A stretch of DNA of 63,857 nt, filler included, from Olpidium bornovanus S191 (taxonomy: Eukaryota; Fungi; Olpidiomycota), in NCBI GenBank assembly GCA_017911155.1. It is 30 parts of 30 records of this genome, joined end to end, with 100 filler letters (N's around TTAATTAATTAA, not from the genome) between each part and the next. Parts side by side here need not be neighbours in the genome. Positions count along the whole stretch, not along the records: positions 53,788 to 57,401 come from JAEFCI010002205.1; positions 57,502 to 58,990 come from JAEFCI010006032.1; positions 59,091 to 60,145 come from JAEFCI010010428.1; positions 60,246 to 62,567 come from JAEFCI010008617.1; positions 62,668 to 63,857 come from JAEFCI010003535.1; 25 more parts are not named here. One strand, given 5' to 3'. A program made the position numbers and the translations under genes. Below the pieces are notes generated by a model that worked only from the letters and a program-made list of their open reading frames with translations, made no database searches and was not told the origin of the DNA. Below are positions 54,190 through 63,857 of the stretch, one piece after another (the stretch's first letter is position 1; every line of letters begins with the position of its first letter).

Positions 54190-55221
54190 TCAGGCGCCAC
54201 AGCGGTGAAGGACCACTTCCCCCAGTCGGACATCAGAAAGTCTCAGATCGTCAAGAAACTCTGCCGGGTGAACCCCCACACTCAGTTCTTGGAGAAACTC
54301 CGGCAAGCCCACCTGGTTGCCGCGAGGCTGCGTCAGAAAGGTTCGGCGAGGCGGCCAATCGTCTTTGCGTAGGCCTGCCCTGCTCCGAAAGAGATTGCCC
54401 TCAGATCGCACTTTTATGGTTCCGTCTGTAGCTCTCGAAGCAGTGAAAGCGGAGAACACGTACAACTGGGCGGAGATCAGGCGGTTCTCGAGGGACAACG
54501 AGTACGCCCGGTTTTTCCAGAACCTCGAGAACGAGACCGGGTAAGGGAAAAAGATTCCGCGGGTTGTTCAGCTTCTTTTTTTTCCGCTCTTGTTCTGGCT
54601 TTGTAATCAGCCAGGACCGCGGAATCCCGCAGAACAACCGGCGACGCCTTCTCCGACGTCGCGAACCAGGAGGTCCAACAACGACTCGTCAGAACCGCGG
54701 AGTCGACGACGGGTTCGTCCTGCGCCTCCGCGCCGCCGCATGGTTTCGGGGCCTCCGAATTCGCGCTGTCGGTCCACAAGGCCGACGGCGCGGACGGTCG
54801 GTTCGCGTCCGCAGATCCTCCCGCGGCGGCTGTGGCCGCCCCTGCGACGGGCGTCGCGTCGAGGTCTACCGGGATGCCACTGCCGGCGGGCTCGATGGCT
54901 CCGCCGCCGGCCGTGAATTTTGCGCACGGGTACGCGCCCCTGCCCCAGAGGTACTGGGCCGAGTTCGCCCAGAAGAAGCGGAGGTCCCTGAGGCCGCGGA
55001 AGCCGAATAACATACCCTGGGACGGCCTGCACGACGCGCCCGGGGGCTGGCAGCAGTCCGCGCCCGAACCGGACGTGGAGGCCTCCGAAGAGTACGGCAG
55101 GACGTACGAAGAGGTCATGGAGCTGAAGGGCCTGGTCAAAGAGAAAAGGCACGCCTGCGAGCGCGAATTCCGCAAGTTTGACCTCGAGACCACCGTCATC
55201 AAGCAGGTGAGCAGCGGACAG

Positions 55222-55252
<31 letters not shown>

Positions 55253-55664
55253 AAAGAGAATGATCAGAAGTTCTTAAAAGGGCCGTATCTGGATATCTTC
55301 CAGCTCGGGTCACTTGAGGAAAAATTATGCAGCGTTCTCCGTTGGTTTACAGGACGCGGCAAGCGTCGAGGAGGGCGAGCAGCAGATTCCCCGGGACGCC
55401 GTGCCCGAGGACGAACGGCCTTTGTCCGTCACCGCCCGCATAAACCCGGCAAAGAAGTGGCACGACGAATTTTCCTTGACGAGGAAAACGCAACAAATGC
55501 GGGCTCGCGAACTGCTGAGGCAGCGGTGCCTGAGCCGGACGCGGGTGTGCGAAGACAACGAGAGCCTGCTGATGGTGTTGGAAGCCGTCGAGTGCCACCT
55601 TGCAAAGATAGGTCGGCGGGTCGGCAAACCGCAGAAACAGGCCTGGCATAAAGATCTGTGGTAA
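54190..55664 (+). CDS. Hypothetical multi-exon protein with a helical/coiled-coil C-terminus; 5' partial
   Basis: Exons DHFPQSDIRKSQIVKKLCRVNP.., ALEAVKAENTYNWAEIRRF.., TYEEVMELKGLVKEKRHACEREFRKFDLE and ..QAWHKDLW*, joined by GT-AG introns. Confidence 0.5.
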
Positions 55665-56374
55665 CGTGTCGCCGATCTGGACCTTTTCATTGTTGGGGAA
55701 ACGGCCATTCCCCCTCCCCCGCCCCCCCCACCGTCCCCGCCAGCTCCTTTCTCCACAGGTTTAACAGTGGTCTTTTTGAACCCGCCTGCCGTCCTTTAAT
55801 GCCAAGGTCGGAGGGAAACGCCGTGCCGACAAAGGACGCTGCGAAGAATGGCAGGAATGGCAGGACCGGAAGCGAGGGCAAAGCGGGATCGGCAATCCCG
55901 CCTTTTGGCGACGGGGGAGGCCTGTCGTCGCCCTCTAACAGGGCCGCGCCCGAGGTCGCCGCCGCCGCCGCCGCCGCAGCCAAGGGACGCAGGCCGACGC
56001 TCGTACGCCAAAACGACGTCGCAAAACGGTTCGCCGCTTGGTCTGTCGGCGAGCCGGACGCGTCGTGGAAATCCGCGGCGCCGGGCAGGCCCCTTCCAAC
56101 CCGCGGTCTTCCGGGGAGGTCGTCCGAACGAGGACGCGCGCCGCGGCGCGGAAGCTGAAGGCCGTCGAGCAAGGGGCCGCCAGGAGATAGCTTTTTGCCC
56201 AACCTTCAGAATAAAATTCTAGACAAACCAATGTCTCAGGCTTGCGATCCCCGAGCAAAAAGTTTTTTTTTCTTTTTTTTTTCCTTTTTTCTTTTTTTTC
56301 CTTTTTTTTTTTTTTTTTTTTTTTTTTTCTTTTTTTTCCTTTTTTATTTTTTTTTTTTTTTTCGCCCCGGCCGC

Positions 56375-56411
<37 letters not shown>

Positions 56412-56905
56412 CGTAAAAGTTCAAGGTTTATTTTATAAAAAATTTCCTTTCCTATATGTGAGAAGCCAGGTTTTCGAATAGGCAAATTCTATCCGGCGCA
56501 CCCGTGCGCCGGATAACTAACCTGCGCACCCCTTAACGGTAGCCAAAGCTGAGCTCTCCGCCTCTCTCGCTTCGGTCTCAAATGCCGCAAAGAGAAAAAA
56601 AATCTTGTAGAACACGGCGCGCAGAAACTCGAAACCGCCACCTGGACCGCCAAAGAACTACGTTGCTGGCGGGGAGGTGGAAAGACACATGGCAGTACGC
56701 AACCCACCCTAGAGGTCCCGGTCAACATTTTACGCCGTGGTAAATCGATACTTTTGATGTTAATTTGGCGAGTTTCTTTTATCGCACAAAGTGTGCGCAG
56801 AAGACAAAGAAAAACAGGAAAAAAGCGAGAAAAAAACGGAACGGCCCACCGAATGCATTATAAAGATGACCTGCTTCTGCGATCTTTGCAATGCGCCGAG
56901 GCTTT

Positions 56906-57401
56906 TCATGACGTCACTGAATAAGCAGAAGCGCAGACAAGGCCAACAATTCGAGAGGAGAACAAGCCGGATCAAAACATTCCGAGCACCCGCAAGATTG
57001 GAGCAGTTGGCATTTTCGAACGATCAAACGTACTATACTGATTCGAGGCGATGTCCTCCGGCAGTATCGAAATGTTCACCTCGAACTTCTCCGGGACCTG
57101 GTTCAAGATTTCAAGGTCATCGGGCGTGCTCACGAAGGTGATCGCGAGGCCTTTCGTGCCAAACCGGCCGGCCCGGCCGACGCGATGAAGGTAGGTGTCC
57201 GCGCCGTCAGGCATGTCGTAGTTGAACACGATGTTTACCCTCTCAATGTCTATTCCCCGGCCAAACACGTCTGTCGCCACCATGATCCGCTTGTTGAAGT
57301 CCTTAAAGGACTTGTATCGCGCGATCCGCTCCTCTTGCGGCATCTGCAAGTGTATGCAAATTGACGGGAAGTTGCAATCCACCAACAGCCGGTTCAGCTC
57401 G
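56906..57401 (-). CDS. SUB2: DEAD-box helicase Sub2/UAP56, C-terminal RecA domain; 5' partial
   Basis: [67 protein letters not shown]; an 11-nt last exon gives ..QYMTS*. Confidence 0.95.
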
Positions 57402-57678
57402 NNNNNNNNNNNNNNNNNNNNNNNNNNNNNNNNNNNNNNNNNNNNTTAATTAATTAANNNNNNNNNNNNNNNNNNNNNNNNNNNNNNNNNNNNNNNNNNN
57501 NAGCGGAAATAGGGAACGACCAGACGCCACCAGTCGCCCAGGTAGGAACTCACGCTCTTCATGCAGGGAATCCTTTCGGGGCGGCACACTGCCCCAGACA
57601 GCGCGACGATGACAACGGCGCCCGCGGCGGCTATAGCGCCGCACGATGGATGCCACCCCCCTCGCTTCCCGCCGCGCT

Positions 57679-57711
<33 letters not shown>

Positions 57712-57972
57712 ACCGCGGAAGAGAGCGGAGAGCGCCGCCAGAGCGCGCGCGCGCGGTCGGCCGGAAGCGGACACGAGGGGTGGGCCCGGGCGTCCTCGGA
57801 ACGCTGGCCGACCCCCACCAACCGACCAACCAACGCGCCGGCGAAGGGGACGAAAAAAAATCGGGCTCCGCGGATCACGCCCAGCTCACGCCGGCGGCTT
57901 CGCGCGAAACCGGCCCCCCGCGAACGACAGAACGCGACCCCTGCCTGCGCGGACCCCGCGGGAGAGACAGTA

Positions 57973-58899
57973 ATGGTGGACGCCCCGGGCGGACAACGCG
58001 ACGCGGGCGCGGAGAGCGGGCCCGGGCCGCGTTTCCACCTGCCGGTCATCATCGACAATGCAGCGGGGGCTTGGGGACCCGCGCAGAACATGCTGCCCCG
58101 CGAGCTTAGGGACGTGCCGTACACTCCCTTCTCCAAAGGCGACAAGCTCGGGCGCATCGCTGACTGGGTCAATCCGGACGCTTCCACTATGAATTCCGCG
58201 GGCCAGGTCGGCTACGCGGGGAGTTTTGGGCGCGAGAGGGAAGGAGGCCGCCGCTATGGAAGGAACTACAAGGGGACCAGGGGGATGGACGAGCCTTGAC
58301 GTCTGGTTTTTCTGTCCAAGCGGCGCTTTCCCCTTTTAAGGCTCGTGGCTTATCTTTTCCCGCGCTTCGCGGGCCCACTTGAAAACCGCGTAGAATCCTA
58401 TCAGGCCTACGGATCCGCCTTTGCATCGACATTTGCGTATCACCATGACGAAGACGAGGCCTCTTTCAATGTTGTCGACACTCGCTCCGCAGCAGTGAGG
58501 AAGGGTGTCGACGGGCGTACCGCAGGCAGGGGACGCGGCCGAGGAGGCTTCCGCGGCGGCTTCCAACGTCTCGGCAGCGGGTGGGGCGGCCGCGGCGGCT
58601 TCTCGTCCCGCGGCGGCTTCTCGTCCCGCGGCGGCAGGAGGAGGTTTGGCTGGAAGGATTTTGACAAGGTGAGCTTCATGGTTCGCTTGCTCTTTGTGCC
58701 CACCTGCCAAACGGCCCTCACAAATCTACCTGGCTAAACTGCGAGTCAATTTGGCTCTTTCTGTTTCTGGCGCCTGGTAACAGCCCCAACGTGTTCGCGA
58801 CGCCTCCGTTGCGGTGGGTGCCGATTGGACTGTGCTTGAAGAAATGGACTTCGGCCGGCTTTCCAAGCTGTCTTACGAAGCGCCTGAGGCTGAAGACCT
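57973..58899 (+). CDS. eIF3d: Translation initiation factor eIF3 subunit D; 3' partial
   Basis: [35 protein letters not shown]-rich linker, [11 protein letters not shown]|PQRVRDASV and [15 protein letters not shown]. Confidence 0.96.
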
Positions 58900-59095
58900 G
58901 TAAGAGAATTGGGCATAGTCCGTTGTGATTCCCTGTTCAAACGGTGTTTATCGTTAACCATCAGGGCTGTGTGTTTTTAATGCGCACATGNNNNNNNNNN
59001 NNNNNNNNNNNNNNNNNNNNNNNNNNNNNNNNNNTTAATTAATTAANNNNNNNNNNNNNNNNNNNNNNNNNNNNNNNNNNNNNNNNNNNNCCCCC

Positions 59096-59142
<47 letters not shown>

Positions 59143-59340
59143 CCCTCTCCCGCCTCTCCCGCTGTCACTCATCTTTCCCAGCGACTGAAATCCCCGCCTC
59201 TCTTCTCTGATATCCCACCGAATATTCTTGAACTTATTTTTTCTTCGCTTTTCGTCGGGCCAACATAGAATTCGGGTAGGGCGGTTAGTCCCGCCCTCCT
59301 CCCCCTCCCCCTTTCTTAATAATCAAAACTAAACGGCAGC

Positions 59341-60115
59341 ATGGCTGCCGGATGTACGTCACGCGCGACGGCGCACGGGAACACCGGGGCGCGTTTTGGT
59401 CGGTGGTTTGCGCCGCGCCGAACGCACACTGCCGCAATGGGTTAAAAGCGCGCCCCCGTCGAGGGACACCCCGCTGTTGGCAAATCCCCCCGCGGTTTGG
59501 TTGCTATGACGACCACACATTTCACGTGGCCCCGCTGCCCGCGCTTTTGCCGCCAGCCGCGGCAAGGTCACGTATCGATGTACGCAACGCACGCCGCGGC
59601 AATCAACTGCTGCCATCCTGCGCGCACGCGGGGACGCTGCGGGTGGCCGATCTCCGCATCTGTCAAGTGTCCGCTCGCCACAGGTTTCCCCCCCCCCATC
59701 ACCCCCCTGTTCTCGTCGCTCTCCCGAAATTGTCCGCCTCGACAATGTTGTTATTCACCCGGTTCAACCGCCGTCACACTCCCCTTTTTTCTTCCCCCAA
59801 GTGGTAAATCCCCCAGCTGCCGCGGTGCAGCTGCACCACCGACTCCCACCGCCCCCATGGTATCTTTCAGGAGTGGAGCTCATCGAGGTCAAACCCGAAA
59901 ATGCGCGCTTCCGTTCCGCGGAGAAAATGCGAAATGCGGTGGGAAAAGGGAGGGAGAAGTGCGCCTCACCCCTTTCCCACCTGGAAGGGGGGGAGAGAGG
60001 GTGGGAAAGAGAGCAAAAAAGAACCAAAGAAAAAAAAAATTGCAGGTTCGCATCGCCCCAACTCTGCCGCGAAATGCGCGCCGAAGAGCTGCTCTCTTCA
60101 CGTACCCGCTTAACC
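59341..60115 (+). CDS. Hypothetical gene, first exons; 3' partial
   Basis: ATG followed by a GTACGT donor; exon GVELIEVKPENARFRSAEKMRNA flanked by canonical splice sites. Unidentified. Confidence 0.3.
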
Positions 60116-60449
60116 CAAAAAAAAAAAAAAAAAAAAAAAAAAAAANNNNNNNNNNNNNNNNNNNNNNNNNNNNNNNNNNNNNNNNNNNNTTAATTAATTA
60201 ANNNNNNNNNNNNNNNNNNNNNNNNNNNNNNNNNNNNNNNNNNNNAAACTCTTGCGGGAAAAAAAAAAAAAAAAAAAGAAAAAAGAAAAAAACACGTCTC
60301 TCCGGAATTATATGATGCACATCGACGTTCATCTCGTCCGCATCACCGACGATCGTACCGCGCTCTCGCCTGCAAGGTAGCGGCAGGGCAGGTCACAGAA
60401 AACCGGTGGAGGACAAAACAAAAAGAAAATCAATGACCGTGGCCCCCAG

Positions 60450-62567
<2,118 letters not shown>

Positions 62568-62667
62568 NNNNNNNNNNNNNNNNNNNNNNNNNNNNNNNNN
62601 NNNNNNNNNNNTTAATTAATTAANNNNNNNNNNNNNNNNNNNNNNNNNNNNNNNNNNNNNNNNNNNN

Positions 62668-63857
62668 CATGCGTTGCGCCTTGTTGCGAATCTTTTTGAC
62701 CTGCTCCAATTGCTGGGTTTTCGGAAAAGGAAACGGTTCATCGGTGTCTTTGCGGAAACAATAGAGCAAAATCCGGCCAGACAACGCAACTCCCTGCTCC
62801 TGTCCCCCTCGTTTTCTCAACGCGTATAAAAAACACTCGATGCAACTTCCTCACCTTTTCCCCGCGTAGTCCCCCCACGTCCCTGGCTCGGGACACGGAA
62901 CGGGGTCTCTTGTTCGCTGGCGCTGCACCGTTTTCAGCATCTTCCCCTTCCTCCACTCTTGCGATGTCCTCCCCGCGAGCGGCCGTGAACCTCCCGCGCT
63001 TACGTCCCACGCTGGCCACGGCGGCGCTGGCGTCCACGCCCAGCTCCGCCAGCCGGTCTGCCATCTCCGCAACATTCCGCTGCCGCGACACCGCAACCTT
63101 CTTGGGGAGCACGGGCCTGTTGCGCCCCTTCTTCGCTCGGTGTTCCGCCACTAATAGCGCCTGCTTATTTCGGATCTTAACTGCCTGCGCTTGCAGCTCC
63201 TCTTCCTCGGAATCAAGCTGGTGGCGGCCAGTGGTTGCGGTGAGAAAAGCAATGTCGGCAGACAGAAGTCACAAATTCGTTAACCAATAAAGTTTCAAAG
63301 ACGCGAACGCACCATCTCTTCTGGGTCGGAATCGTAAAAGCCCTCGGCGGCAAGCCTCTCCTCTTCCCTATCTAGCTGTTCGAGCTTCTCCTGGATATCC
63401 GGGTCGATGAAGTCAGCGATGTTTTTGCCCTCCCATATTTCGGGTATTACGTCGTGCTTCCATTCGTCGTTGGCCAGAAGGTATTTTTCTGCAACAAGGC
63501 ACAAAAAGTAAAACCGGCGTCAGCCGCCCATTGCGAAAACCTGCAAATAACATAGCTCGCCGAAGCTTACTCTTAAGATCCACGTTGTACACCCCCGCGC
63601 CACCGTTCTCCGCCTCGATGTCCTTTTCCAGCTTGGGCCGCATAGGGTCCGTCCGATCGTATTTGACCCTGTCGCGCGCGCTCTCGGGTATAAAGGCGGG
63701 GCGATCCTGGGGGAAAAAAAAGTCAAAAATACGCCGCGCATAAGGCTACCACGTTACAAACGACGGCGGCTGATAGGTGCGAGGCGACTTGTAAAACAAA
63801 AAATGACTACCTTCTCGTCGCGCGGCTTCGGTAGGGTGAGATGCAGCCGGTTCATGA
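62668..63857 (-). CDS. NOG1: Nucleolar GTP-binding protein 1, C-terminal half; partial at both ends
   Basis: [60 protein letters not shown] and KKIRNKAQR. Confidence 0.97.

Overview
This window is not one locus. It is 30 short contigs (about 1-6.4 kb) joined by 29 artificial 100-nt spacers (N44-TTAATTAATTAA-N44, a six-frame stop linker), so adjacency across gaps means nothing. The DNA is a GC-rich, intron-dense fungal nuclear genome with long A/T/G/C homopolymers. An early-diverging (zoosporic/zygomycete-grade) fungus is inferred from the BK-type channel and the intron style; an Olpidium-like JGI assembly is a guess. Recognisable, mostly partial genes: MES1, a DUF4203 protein, an Efm2-like methyltransferase, IES6, an I9 prodomain protein, UBA3, OXA1, LOS1/XPOT, a conserved secreted protein, ECO1, a BK/Slo channel, a CBS protein, TYR1, RPS0, CLPP, ETFA, SUB2, eIF3d, an RBM5/10-like protein and NOG1. 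There are at least five degenerate Ty1/copia fragments, one Ty3/gypsy fragment, a nested solo LTR and a MULE end. Best candidate for an undescribed system: two related Ty1/copia elements each carry a chromodomain just after the integrase. In one of them the order LTR-PBS(half-tRNAiMet)-IN-CHROMO-RT-RH can be read on a single contig; a C-terminal integrase chromodomain is normally the hallmark of Ty3/gypsy chromoviruses. Also notable: poly(A) tracts at 3' splice sites, ACGCGT (MCB) clusters in LTRs, a 54-aa in-frame insertion in a copia RT, and a tRNA-like A/B-box element. Caveat: 14 of the 58 gap-flanking contig ends are exactly CATG, so junctions at CATG may be library artefacts.
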